IMG/VR virus record: IMGVR_UViG_3300033997_000554
Location: 1-57,963 of that record
DNA from: a virus
Lineage: Duplodnaviria; Caudoviricetes
DNA length: 57,963 bases
Direction: 5' to 3' (one strand)
Numbering within the stretch: the first letter of the stretch is position 1; each line of letters starts with the position of its first letter. The notes under the pieces were generated by a model. That model saw only the letters and a program-made list of their open reading frames with translations, did no database searches and was not told where the DNA came from. Shown piece after piece: positions 15,932 to 24,956 of the stretch. Position numbers and translations under genes: made by a program.

Positions 15932-17893
15932 ATGGCCAAGTCGAGAATCAACCATTTCGGCGTCTTTTCGGGATCGGGGATCGGTGCGGCCGGCATGCAG
16001 GACGCCAAGCCGTCCATCCCCGGCCTGGAGGGTGAAATGGTCTGCCTGGGCGGGATCGACGTGGATCCGGCAGGTGCGGCAGACTTCGAGAAATTCACGG
16101 GCGTGCGCTGCACGGTGCGGGACATGTTCAGCCGCAACCAGTACATCGCATTCCACGGCCACGAGCCGCCGGTCGGGTGGGTCGAGGCGATGCCGGCCGA
16201 TATTCGCGCGGCCGCGGGCGGGCATCGGCCGCACATCCTTTTCCTGTCCGCGCCGTGCAAGGGCTTTTCTGGGCTGCTGTCTCACGCCCGCAGTCTCACG
16301 GCCAAGTACCAGGCGCTCAACGAACTGACGCTGCGCGGCATCTGGCTGTGCCTGGAGGCCTGGAAGGACGACCCGGTCGAGGTCATCCTGTTCGAGAACG
16401 TGCCGCGAATTGCCACGCGCGGGCGCCACTTCCTGGACCAGATCGTTCAGCTGCTGCGCCACTATGGCTACGTCGTGCGCGAAACTGCCCATGACTGCGG
16501 CGAGCTGGGCGGCCTGGCCCAAAGCCGCAAGCGCTTCTTGCTGATCGCGCGCCACGCCGAGAAGGTGCCGGCTTTCATCTACGAACCTCCGAAGCGGCCG
16601 CTGCGCGCCGTGGGCGAGATCCTGGGCCGCATGCACCTGCCGGGTGACCTGCGGGCCGGCCCCATGCACCGCATCCCGAACCTGAGCTGGAAAACCTGGG
16701 TGCGGCTGGCGTTCGTCGAAGCTGGCAGCGACTGGCGCAGCCTGAACCGCCTGGCGGTGCAGGACGGCTACCTGCGCGACTACCTGCTGGTGCCGGAAAT
16801 GCGCCGTTGTGCCCTCGGAGTGCATTCGATGCAAGACAGCACCGGCGTGGTGGCCGGGCGGAGCCATCCGCTGAATGGCGCCTTCTCGGTGGCCGATCCT
16901 CGTTTCGATCCGTCGGCGGCGTGGAAGGACGGCCAGGCCTACGGCGTGCGCCGCTGGGATGTGTCGACGGGCGCGATCGCAGGCCAACAGGGTCCGGGAC
17001 AGGGCGCCTACAGCGTTGCCGACCCGCGCCACCATGGCCCGGCCAAGCACAGCAACGAGTTCCGCATCGTCCGCTATGACGAGGTTGCGCGCGCAGTGAC
17101 GGGCGCCCACGGCACCGGCCAGTGTGTGGCCGACCTGCGCGGCTTCGGGGCCGACACCCACAAGAACGTGTTTCGCGTGGTGCCCTGGACCAACAGCGCC
17201 GGCACGGTCAGCAGTGGTCACGGCCCTTCGAGCGGCGGGCAAGCCGTTGCGGATCCGCGCGGCGGTCCGGACGCCAGCAAGCTGCACGGTAAGTTTCACA
17301 CGGCGGACTGGGCGGAACACTCCCATGCAGTGATCGCCGGCTATGCCAATGGCGCGTTCGCCGTAGCCGACCCGCGGCCCGGCCTGGCCCGCGAGCGCGG
17401 CGACCACTACCTGACCGCAGGGCACTACGGTGTCGCTGCCTGGGACAAGCATGTCGGCGCCGTATCGGCGTCAGCCTGCCACGATAACGGCCGATGGACT
17501 GTCGCCGATCCGCGAAATTTCGAAAATTCGCAACTTTCGCTGCCCGCGGCCAACGACAAGCTGGTGTGCCGCATCATCGCCGAGGACGGCACCTGGCACC
17601 GGCCGTTCACCACGCTCGAGCTGGCGGCCCTACAGAGCATCTACGACCCCGACGACTACGCCGAGGCCGAGGAGCGCGGCGAGGTGTTCCAGATGGACGG
17701 CACTTCCGACAGCGCCCACCGGGAGCGCATCGGCAACGCCGTGCCGCGCAAGGCGGCCAAGGCGATGGCCGAGGAAATTGGCCGGGCCATCCTGCTGTCG
17801 CGCGCCGGCGAATCGTTCCAGCTTTCGGCGACGCCCATCTGGGTGCGGCCGATCGCCACGGCGTTGGCCGTGCGCGGCGGGGAGGGCGCATGA
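15932..17893 (+). CDS. DNA cytosine-C5 methyltransferase with a repeat-expanded variable region
   Basis: Motifs I FSGSG, IV APCKGFS, VI FENV, VIII QSRKR, IX RPFTTLELAALQ, X RIGNAVP. Confidence 0.92.
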   Translation: MAKSRINHFGVFSGSGIGAAGMQDAKPSIPGLEGEMVCLGGIDVDPAGAADFEKFTGVRCTVRDMFSRNQYIAFHGHEPPVGWVEAMPADIRAAAGGHRPHILFLSAPCKGFSGLLSHARSLTAKYQALNELTLRGIWLCLEAWKDDPVEVILFENVPRIATRGRHFLDQIVQLLRHYGYVVRETAHDCGELGGLAQSRKRFLLIARHAEKVPAFIYEPPKRPLRAVGEILGRMHLPGDLRAGPMHRIPNLSWKTWVRLAFVEAGSDWRSLNRLAVQDGYLRDYLLVPEMRRCALGVHSMQDSTGVVAGRSHPLNGAFSVADPRFDPSAAWKDGQAYGVRRWDVSTGAIAGQQGPGQGAYSVADPRHHGPAKHSNEFRIVRYDEVARAVTGAHGTGQCVADLRGFGADTHKNVFRVVPWTNSAGTVSSGHGPSSGGQAVADPRGGPDASKLHGKFHTADWAEHSHAVIAGYANGAFAVADPRPGLARERGDHYLTAGHYGVAAWDKHVGAVSASACHDNGRWTVADPRNFENSQLSLPAANDKLVCRIIAEDGTWHRPFTTLELAALQSIYDPDDYAEAEERGEVFQMDGTSDSAHRERIGNAVPRKAAKAMAEEIGRAILLSRAGESFQLSATPIWVRPIATALAVRGGEGA

Positions 17894-18330
17894 CTCAGTC
17901 CATCATCCAACCGAAGCGCCCCAAAGGGGCTGGCTGGACGGAGGTGCCCCGCAACGCCATCCCCGCACAGGTGCTGGCCTTCGGCTACCCCATCACCGCC
18001 TGGCTACACGGGGCCAGCGGCCTTTATGTGCTGTCCGCGGTCGAGGTGGCAGTCGCCGCCGAACCCGGCGAGCCCGAACTGGGACCCGAATACCACCTGA
18101 GCGTCAGCCTCAGCGGCGAGCGCTGCAGCGCTGCGGACGCCGCGTGGGTATTGGACGAGTTTGAACTGATCGACGCGACGGAGGATAACCACGTTCCTTC
18201 CGGCCGTGTGCGCAACTTCTGGCGGCCGGTGGCCGATCGCTGGGCAGGATACGAATGTCCCTGCCAGGAAACCGAGCCGGTCATGCGCGAGGACAAAGGT
18301 GATTTCGTCTGGCGCGGGGTGACCCAATGA
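17890..18330 (+). CDS. Hypothetical phage protein
   Basis: 146 aa, ATGA-coupled; EYHLSVS...EDNHVP.G..RNFW. Confidence 0.7.
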   Translation: MTQSIIQPKRPKGAGWTEVPRNAIPAQVLAFGYPITAWLHGASGLYVLSAVEVAVAAEPGEPELGPEYHLSVSLSGERCSAADAAWVLDEFELIDATEDNHVPSGRVRNFWRPVADRWAGYECPCQETEPVMREDKGDFVWRGVTQ

Positions 18331-18347
18331 CTCGCGCCTTATCCACG

Positions 18348-18608
18348 TCAACGCTTCGCGCTGAGCGTGGCAATCACCTTAAGTTTCAGCGCTTTTGCAT
18401 CTTTCATGGCTTGGCGGCTGCTCCCGGTCAGGCCATGCGCGGAACGAAAGGTGGTCTCGTAATACCAGTGCCCCCCCCGTTGAATGGAGTGCCGGATCCG
18501 GACTTTGCCGCGGTACTGCCCATTTCCCAGCGGGTAAGCCCGTGCGCGGACATCAAACGTACCGCCCAGTTTGTGAGGATGTTGCTTGAGCTTGTCGTCG
18601 GGGGTCAT
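18348..18608 (-). CDS. Counter-oriented small basic protein
   Basis: 86 aa, GAGGG RBS, AT-richer; beta-strand run plus C-terminal helix. Confidence 0.5.
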   Translation of the reverse strand: MTPDDKLKQHPHKLGGTFDVRARAYPLGNGQYRGKVRIRHSIQRGGHWYYETTFRSAHGLTGSSRQAMKDAKALKLKVIATLSAKR

Positions 18609-18694
18609 TTTTTTCCCTCAGGTCAATGGTGGTCTCGGAATATAGCCCTCTCAGCACCAATGCGCCAGCGGATTGGTTTTCGGGGCATGTGTGT

Positions 18695-18832
18695 ATGAGG
18701 CAAGCGTCCATGTTCGAAGCCGGCACCTGGCCCGAGGGATGGGATGGCGATGAGCCGCTTGGCGACACCGTGCTGCCCGTGGTCTACCAGAACGGCTGGG
18801 TGCAGCCGCTGCTATTTCTCAACCATCTATGA
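18695..18832 (+). CDS. Small hypothetical protein
   Basis: 45 aa, ATGA-coupled to the replication gene. Confidence 0.45.
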   Translation: MRQASMFEAGTWPEGWDGDEPLGDTVLPVVYQNGWVQPLLFLNHL

Positions 18833-19911
18833 CAAGACCTGCACCCTACCCGGCCGACACGCGCGCCAAGGGCTGGCGGTTCGAGCTCGACCACGAGCGG
18901 ATCCGACAGTCGGACACGTGGGCCCTCGCGACACCAGAGATCCGTCCGTGGCTGCTGATGCTGTGGATGACCGCCTGGGAGCAAACGCCCTGCGGCAGCC
19001 TGCCCCAGGACGATGAGCTTATCGCCGCACGCATCGGTATGCCTCTGGACCAGTTCCAGGCCTGCAAGGCGCGCCTCATGCGCGGCTGGTGGTTGGCGGG
19101 CGATGGCCGGCTGTACCACGACACGCTGGCCGAACGTGTGCTGGAAATGATTGAACGCCGCGATGGAGAGCGCAACCGCAAAGCTGAATATCGCGAGCGA
19201 AAGAAGGCCGAGCGCGCCGCAGCCCAGAACGGAAGTAGTCCCGGATCGTCCGCTGGTAGTCCTGATTTGTCCCACGGGACAGGCGCGGGACTCCCTGGGG
19301 ATTCCGGAGGGAGTGACGCTACCGGAACCGGAACCGGAACCAGTAATAAAAAAGATATGGCGGCGGCGGCTTTACATCCTCCCGCGCGCGATCCTGCGGA
19401 CGACCTCGCGCCGCCGCTGGCGCTGGAGGACAAACCGCCGTCCGAACAGGCCATGGCCATCGCGGTCTGGCTGCGCCAGCGGGAGAAGAACCGCGGCAAG
19501 CCGCCGCGCGGCGCGCAGAGCAACGACCCTCGCATCGTCCGCTGGGTGCAGGCCGGCATCACCAGCCTGCAGCTGGTGGAGGCGTATGGCCTGGCCGTAG
19601 CGGACCGGGACGCGAGCGGCGATCAGGGAACGATCACGGCCGGGTTTCTCGACGTGTTCGTCGACAAGGTGGTGAACCCGCCCGCGGCCGCCAGCAGGCT
19701 GGACGGCAAGCGCCCCGCTGCCGCGAAGGCGGCCGACCCGCTGGCCTGGGTGACCAGCGCCACCGGCATCACCGAGCAGGGCGCCAAGCTGGGCCTGACC
19801 CAGGGCGGTGCCGAGCCGTTCTGGCAGTTCAAGGACCGAGTGATCGCGCGTGCCGGTCTGACCGACGACGACAAAGCGCGGCTGCGCGCCGACTACGGGG
19901 TGAACCTGTGA
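18829..19911 (+). CDS. Phage replication initiator (DUF1376/YdaU-like N-terminus)
   Basis: LLMLW..AW.Q.PCGSLPQDDELIA, DGRLYH, charged helix, TGTGTGT linker; canonical position. Confidence 0.8.
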   Translation: MTRPAPYPADTRAKGWRFELDHERIRQSDTWALATPEIRPWLLMLWMTAWEQTPCGSLPQDDELIAARIGMPLDQFQACKARLMRGWWLAGDGRLYHDTLAERVLEMIERRDGERNRKAEYRERKKAERAAAQNGSSPGSSAGSPDLSHGTGAGLPGDSGGSDATGTGTGTSNKKDMAAAALHPPARDPADDLAPPLALEDKPPSEQAMAIAVWLRQREKNRGKPPRGAQSNDPRIVRWVQAGITSLQLVEAYGLAVADRDASGDQGTITAGFLDVFVDKVVNPPAAASRLDGKRPAAAKAADPLAWVTSATGITEQGAKLGLTQGGAEPFWQFKDRVIARAGLTDDDKARLRADYGVNL

Positions 19912-20135
19912 ACGCGGCCGTTCAGTGCGTCTACTGCGAGCGCTTCACCCTGCGCCACCCGCACACCGCCATGGCCGCGCAAGGCCTGGGCCGCTGCGCG
20001 CTCATGACCGACCGTCCCGGCAGCTTCGTCAGCCCGTTGTGGCGCCGCAGCTGCGCGACCTACCAACCCGCGCCGACGGCCAAGGCCGAGGCGCGCATCG
20101 AATGGCTGCGCGACCTGCGCAGCGAGGGAGCCTGA
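19908..20135 (+). CDS. Small Cys-rich protein
   Basis: CVYCERF...GLGRC...RSC. Confidence 0.7.
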   Translation: MNAAVQCVYCERFTLRHPHTAMAAQGLGRCALMTDRPGSFVSPLWRRSCATYQPAPTAKAEARIEWLRDLRSEGA

Positions 20136-20623
20136 TGACCATCCAATCCCACACCCTGGTGCTGCCGTACCCGATCAGCGCGAACCGCTACTGGGCCAGT
20201 CGCACGGTTACCGCGCGCGGCGGCAGGTCGTTCACCAGCACCTACGTCACGCCCGAGGCGAAGGCCTACAAGGCGCAGGTGCTGGCGCTGGCGCGCAAGG
20301 CCGGCGTCGCCCAGCCGATCGCCGGCCGCGTCAAGGTCGAATTCACGCTGTTCCCGAACCGTCCGCAGGACTGGCAAAAGCGCATGCGCAAGGGCGGCAC
20401 CGCGTGGGACGACACCGTGCAGTGCTTGGACCTGGACAACGCCCAGAAAGTCGTCCTGGACAGCCTCAAGGACGTGGTTTTCGAGGACGACCGCTGGGTG
20501 CGCGAGATCCACGCGCGGCGCGCTGAACCGGACGAGCACGGCGCGCGCCTGGTGGCGGTCGTCACGCCGTTGCACACCCACGACCCGCAGTCTGTGCTGT
20601 TCGGCCTGGAGACTGCCGCATGA
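20135..20623 (+). CDS. rusA: RusA-like Holliday junction resolvase
   Basis: LPYPISANRYW, DLDNAQK..LDSL...FEDD. Confidence 0.9.
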   Translation: MTIQSHTLVLPYPISANRYWASRTVTARGGRSFTSTYVTPEAKAYKAQVLALARKAGVAQPIAGRVKVEFTLFPNRPQDWQKRMRKGGTAWDDTVQCLDLDNAQKVVLDSLKDVVFEDDRWVREIHARRAEPDEHGARLVAVVTPLHTHDPQSVLFGLETAA

Positions 20624-21225
20624 AGATCAGCGATCGCAACCTGGAAATCACTCGCCGGCGCGAGGCTGGTGAACCGAGCGCCGAGCTGGCGCGCGCCTAC
20701 GGCATCTCGCCCGAACGCGTGTGGCAGATCGTCACCACGGTTCAGCGCCACCAGCGTGGCGAACCGCCCAAGCAGCGCCGGCGATACCCGGCCAGCACCG
20801 CGGCGCCCACGCGGCCCGTGGTGCGCCCGCGGCTGCGCCTTTGGCCCGATCGCCCGACCGGCTCCGAGTGGTACGAATGCGTCGGCGCCGGCCGCATGGG
20901 GGTGGGGGCCACGAAGCTGGAAGCCTATGCGCGCTGGCAATCTGCGGGGCCCGTCGCCAGCAGCAACACCGACGCCAGCACCCCAACCCGCACGGCCGCC
21001 AGCCTCCCGGTGGAGCGGCAGCCGGAACCGACACCGACGCCGCTCGCGCTCACGCCGGTTCACGCCAGCCAGGTGCAAGTGCTGCCCGGCGTCACCACTC
21101 GCAAGCCCCTGCGCATGACCGCGATGCTGGGCCTGAACGCCGAACGCATCGGCGCCCAGCCGCCCATGCACTCGATGCACGGCGGTAGCCGCGCGCGCAC
21201 CGGTGGGTTCCATGACCAGGAATGA
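20620..21225 (+). CDS. HTH DNA-binding protein
   Basis: RNLEI.RRREAGE..AELARAYGISPERVWQIV. Confidence 0.7.
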   Translation: MKISDRNLEITRRREAGEPSAELARAYGISPERVWQIVTTVQRHQRGEPPKQRRRYPASTAAPTRPVVRPRLRLWPDRPTGSEWYECVGAGRMGVGATKLEAYARWQSAGPVASSNTDASTPTRTAASLPVERQPEPTPTPLALTPVHASQVQVLPGVTTRKPLRMTAMLGLNAERIGAQPPMHSMHGGSRARTGGFHDQE

Positions 21226-21280
21226 CCAGCTGGCCGGGGAGGCCGGCGCACAGAATTTTCACGATTGCCAGGAGCGCACA

Positions 21281-21907
21281 GTGTCCGAACCGCTTTTCAA
21301 GGGTGCCCACCAGGCGCTCACCTACGCCTTCAACTACTCCGCCGGCACCCTGGACCGGCCGGCCATGGTGAAGATGGCCGATCGCACACCGCGCACCGGC
21401 CGCGGCCTGGCCGGCGTCGACGGCGCGGCCCAGGCCGGATTCATCCTGCGCGAGCTGCAGGCGCTGGCGCCGCTGCACCAGCGCATCCTCGAGGCCCGGT
21501 TTCTGCCGCAGACGACGCCGTGTCCGTGCTGCCGTAGCAGCGTGTGGGACCAGGACTGGTTCGCCGCGGTGCGCGCGGTATCCGACGGCGTCATGGCCAG
21601 CGGCATCCTGTCCGGGCACATCGTGCACCGCGCCGTGCGCGACGGCATCGTCGCCCGCTACTTCGCCGCCAAGGCCAACCGCGGCCGCGTCCTGCTGTCT
21701 GACCTGGCCGTGCATGCTGGCGTCAGCGATCGCACCGTCACGGATCAGAACGGAAAAATCACCATCTGGCTGCGCGGTTCGCGCGTAGTGCGCAAGGGCG
21801 CCGGCGTGGTCGAGGAGGGGAAGAAGGGCGAGGAAGCCCGCGCCATGGAGCTTATCGAATCCGTGCTGCGTGGCGCTGGCATCGTAGGGGAAGAGGCCGC
21901 AGCTTGA
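21281..21907 (+). CDS. Late-gene regulator, antiterminator Q-like
   Basis: LFKGAHQALTYAF, CPCC, C-terminal HTH LAVHAGVSDRTV; directly upstream of pR'/tR'. Confidence 0.7.
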   Translation: MSEPLFKGAHQALTYAFNYSAGTLDRPAMVKMADRTPRTGRGLAGVDGAAQAGFILRELQALAPLHQRILEARFLPQTTPCPCCRSSVWDQDWFAAVRAVSDGVMASGILSGHIVHRAVRDGIVARYFAAKANRGRVLLSDLAVHAGVSDRTVTDQNGKITIWLRGSRVVRKGAGVVEEGKKGEEARAMELIESVLRGAGIVGEEAAA

Positions 21908-21932
21908 CATTTGCGGATCGCACCCGCAAAAT
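21904..21932 (+). promoter_or_regulatory. Late promoter pR' with a palindromic spacer (candidate Q-binding element)
   Basis: TTGACA-N17-CAAAAT; ATTTGCGG...CCGCAAA inverted repeat. Confidence 0.75.
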
Positions 21933-21970
21933 CGGCCCCATTCTGTCACTGGTCAACAGTGCGTCTAAGG

Positions 21971-22003
21971 ACCCCGCCGGGAAACCGAGCGGGGTTTTTT
22001 TTT
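21971..22003 (+). terminator. tR'-like intrinsic terminator
   Basis: ACCCCGC...GCGGGGT followed by a T run. Confidence 0.85.
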
Positions 22004-22007
22004 GGTG

Positions 22008-22751
22008 CTATGCAAATAGACCCATCCCCAAATTAACAAGCCACAAGACCCCCGACCAAACCCATCGTAGGAAACGCACGGGGGACCGATATGGGTAGTA
22101 CGCCATGACTAGTTGGATCGTGATCGCAAGAGCTGCAAGGCTTGCAATAACTCTTGGGAACTGAAACTCAAGGTTGAACCAGTCTAATTTGTAGCGAGCA
22201 AGATATTGCTGTCGTCTAAATGATCGGTGTTTTTTTGGAGAAAGCCGGAAGGCGACCGTATGTTTTTTTGAGTCTTTCCATTCAGGCCCTCTGCTCGTGT
22301 TTGTGACGTATGTTGAAAAAAACGCGGAAAGGATGCCATTACCATCTCCAAGCCAAATGACCTGCGGCTGAGCTTCGTCAGTCCCAATTACCGGTTTACC
22401 TTTGGGAAGCGAACTGTGATCTATCTGTATCGATTCAGGGGGGAGCTTTTCGATCAGAACTCTCCGAAAGTCCCGGATCACCTCCGCTTCCATAGCTCTG
22501 GCCACGGGCGTGGTGTATCTAGATTGCCAAGTCGCCTTGCCTTCTCGAAGGTCGGGGGCAAGGTGAAAGCGCGCGGCTAGATAGGCCAGCACTGCTGCTA
22601 CACATAGCCAAAATACTATCGGGGAGGTCGAGTTGGTGACCTTTACTCCGATGACCGTACTGACTATGGAAAGATCTAGTAGTGCAGAACCCAGAATCGC
22701 GGCAGAAAAGACGACGAGATTGCGTCGCGCTTTTTCTTGGACATCGTCCAC
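22008..22751 (-). CDS. Moron-like multi-pass membrane protein
   Basis: AT-rich, opposite strand; GGAG RBS before GTG; hydrophobic helices at both ends flank a soluble loop; TACAAT -10 at 22806-22801. Confidence 0.75.
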   Translation of the reverse strand: MDDVQEKARRNLVVFSAAILGSALLDLSIVSTVIGVKVTNSTSPIVFWLCVAAVLAYLAARFHLAPDLREGKATWQSRYTTPVARAMEAEVIRDFRRVLIEKLPPESIQIDHSSLPKGKPVIGTDEAQPQVIWLGDGNGILSAFFSTYVTNTSRGPEWKDSKKHTVAFRLSPKKHRSFRRQQYLARYKLDWFNLEFQFPRVIASLAALAITIQLVMAYYPYRSPVRFLRWVWSGVLWLVNLGMGLFA

Positions 22752-22824
22752 TTTCAATTCTCCGTAAGTGATATCGACGGCCAAATCGGGCCGCGTCCGG
22801 ATTGTATTGCACCCTGTTACATCC

Positions 22825-23550
22825 ATGCCAAAACCTAAGTCTCGACCCCAAGCGCCCAAGCCGGCGCGGAAATCGCCTGCGCGCTCCAAACGCTCGCTGT
22901 CGACCGCCGCCCGCCGCGTGGTGTCTGCGGATAGCCCGCTGACGCCCCAGCAGCGCCGGTTCGTGGACGAGTTCGCCGCCGGCGGCTTCCAGAACCAGAC
23001 CAAGGCCTACGAGGCGGCCTATCGGGCCCGCGGTGCTGCGGCCATCAGCGGCGCGTCGCGCTTGTTGAACCAGGCTAACGTCGCGGCGGCAGTGCAGGTC
23101 CTGCGCGACAAGCTGTCGGCGAAGCTGGAAGTCACCGCCCAGCGCGTCCTAGAGGAATGGGTGGCCATGGGCTTCTACGACGCGGCGGACCTGGTGGTGA
23201 CGGACGAGCATGGCGTACTGCGCGATATCACCAGCCCGAAGGATCTGCGGCTGTTGCCCGAGCGTGTGCGCCGCTGCATCGTGGGCTGGAGCTGGGACCG
23301 CAACAGCAATTTCACGCTCAAGCTGGCGGCCAAGACCCCGAATCTGGAGCTGATCGCGCGCCACCTGGGCATGTTCGTGGAGCGCAAGGAGCTGCGACTG
23401 GGCGACCTGGACAAGAAGTCCGACGCCGAGCTGGATGCCGCCATCGCGCAGGCCGCCCAGGAGATCGCCCAGGCCGAAGGTATCCCCGTGGAAAAGGTGC
23501 TTGCCCAGCTGCGCGCCGGCGGCGCTGGCGCCGGGCCCACGATGCACTGA
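22825..23550 (+). CDS. terS: Terminase small subunit
   Basis: LTPQQRRFVDEF...NQTKAY..AY...ASRLL, VTAQRVLEE, LELIARHLGMF. Confidence 0.9.
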   Translation: MPKPKSRPQAPKPARKSPARSKRSLSTAARRVVSADSPLTPQQRRFVDEFAAGGFQNQTKAYEAAYRARGAAAISGASRLLNQANVAAAVQVLRDKLSAKLEVTAQRVLEEWVAMGFYDAADLVVTDEHGVLRDITSPKDLRLLPERVRRCIVGWSWDRNSNFTLKLAAKTPNLELIARHLGMFVERKELRLGDLDKKSDAELDAAIAQAAQEIAQAEGIPVEKVLAQLRAGGAGAGPTMH

Positions 23551-24956
23551 TGTCCAACCCGCGCGTGATGCTGGCCAGGGCGCTGCAGGAGCGTGCGTGG
23601 CGCGCCAAGCGCAACCGGCTCAAGTACTACCGCCCCTACGAGAAACAGAGGGAGTTCCACGCGCAAGGCGCCGCATACCGCGAGCGCCTTTTTTCTGCCG
23701 GCAACCAGCTGGGCAAAACGTTCTCGGGCGCCTACGAGACGGCCATGCACCTGACCGGGCGATACCCGGAATGGTGGGAAGGCAAGGTTTTCCAGAAGCC
23801 CACGGCGGGCTGGGCGGCCTCGGTGTCGTCGGCGCTGACGCGCGACGGCATGCAGCGCCTGCTGCTGGGCCGACCTGGCGTCGACAGCGAACGCGGGACC
23901 GGCGCCATCCCTGGCGACGCCATCAAGGAGGTGGCGCCGCTGGCCGGCGTGCCGGGCGCGGTGTCCATGATCGTGGTGCGCCATGGTGGTGGCGGCGACG
24001 TCCAGGCCGGCGAGAGCGTGCTGGGCTTTCGCAACTACGAGCAGGGCCGGGAGAAGTTCCAGGCCGAAACCCTGGATTTCGTCTGGCTGGACGAGGAGCC
24101 GCCCCACGACATCTACATGGAGGCCATCACCCGGACCAACACGACGCTGGGCCCGGTGTATCTGACCTTCACGCCCCTGATGGGCATGTCGGCGACGGTC
24201 AAGCGGTTCCTGATCGACAAGCACGCCGGCACCGTGGTGGTGTTCATGGGCATCTACGATGCCGAGCACTACACCCGCGAGCAGGCCGACGCGATCCTGG
24301 CCAGCTACCCGGACCACGAGCGCGAGGCGCGCGCCTACGGCAAGCCGGTGCTGGGCTCCGGCGCGGTGTTCCCGGTGCCGGAATCCAGCATCGTGGTGCC
24401 GCCGTTCAACATCCCCGACAGCTGGCCGCGCATCTGCGGCCTGGATCTGGGATGGGACCACCCGACGGCGGCGGCCTGGCTGGCGCACAACCAGGACGCC
24501 GACATCGTCTACGTGTACGACGTCTACGCCGCCAAGAAGCAGCCGGTTTCCGTGCACGCCAGCGCCATCAAGGGGCGCGGCAGCTGGATCCCGGTGGCCT
24601 GGCCGCACGACGCCCTGCAGGCTCAGAAGGACACCGGCACGCCGATGCGGGACGCCTACCTGGCCGAGGGCGTGTCCATGCTGCCGGAGCGCACGCAGTT
24701 CGAGGATGGCTCGAATGGCGTCGAGGCCGGCATCCAGATCATGCTCAACCGCATGGTCACCGGCCGATTCAAGGTCTTTTCTCACCTGGAACTCTGGCTT
24801 TCCGAGTACCGCACCTACCACCGCAAGGACGGCGCCATCGTGAAGATCGATGACGACGTCATTTCCGCATCGCGCTACGGCGTGATGTCCCTTCGCTACG
24901 CGGTCAACAACGTACCGATCAACTTCAAACGACACCGGGAAAACTGGCGCGCATGA
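23550..24956 (+). CDS. terL: Terminase large subunit (P22-like)
   Basis: AGNQLGKT, WLDEEPP, TFTP, GLDLGWDHP, DDVISASRY. Confidence 0.95.
   Translation: MSNPRVMLARALQERAWRAKRNRLKYYRPYEKQREFHAQGAAYRERLFSAGNQLGKTFSGAYETAMHLTGRYPEWWEGKVFQKPTAGWAASVSSALTRDGMQRLLLGRPGVDSERGTGAIPGDAIKEVAPLAGVPGAVSMIVVRHGGGGDVQAGESVLGFRNYEQGREKFQAETLDFVWLDEEPPHDIYMEAITRTNTTLGPVYLTFTPLMGMSATVKRFLIDKHAGTVVVFMGIYDAEHYTREQADAILASYPDHEREARAYGKPVLGSGAVFPVPESSIVVPPFNIPDSWPRICGLDLGWDHPTAAAWLAHNQDADIVYVYDVYAAKKQPVSVHASAIKGRGSWIPVAWPHDALQAQKDTGTPMRDAYLAEGVSMLPERTQFEDGSNGVEAGIQIMLNRMVTGRFKVFSHLELWLSEYRTYHRKDGAIVKIDDDVISASRYGVMSLRYAVNNVPINFKRHRENWRA

Noticed and set aside
21933-22007. tRNA or ORF 21904-22098 downstream of pR'
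   Set aside because: No cloverleaf seen; the ORF starts at the -35 TTG and crosses the terminator
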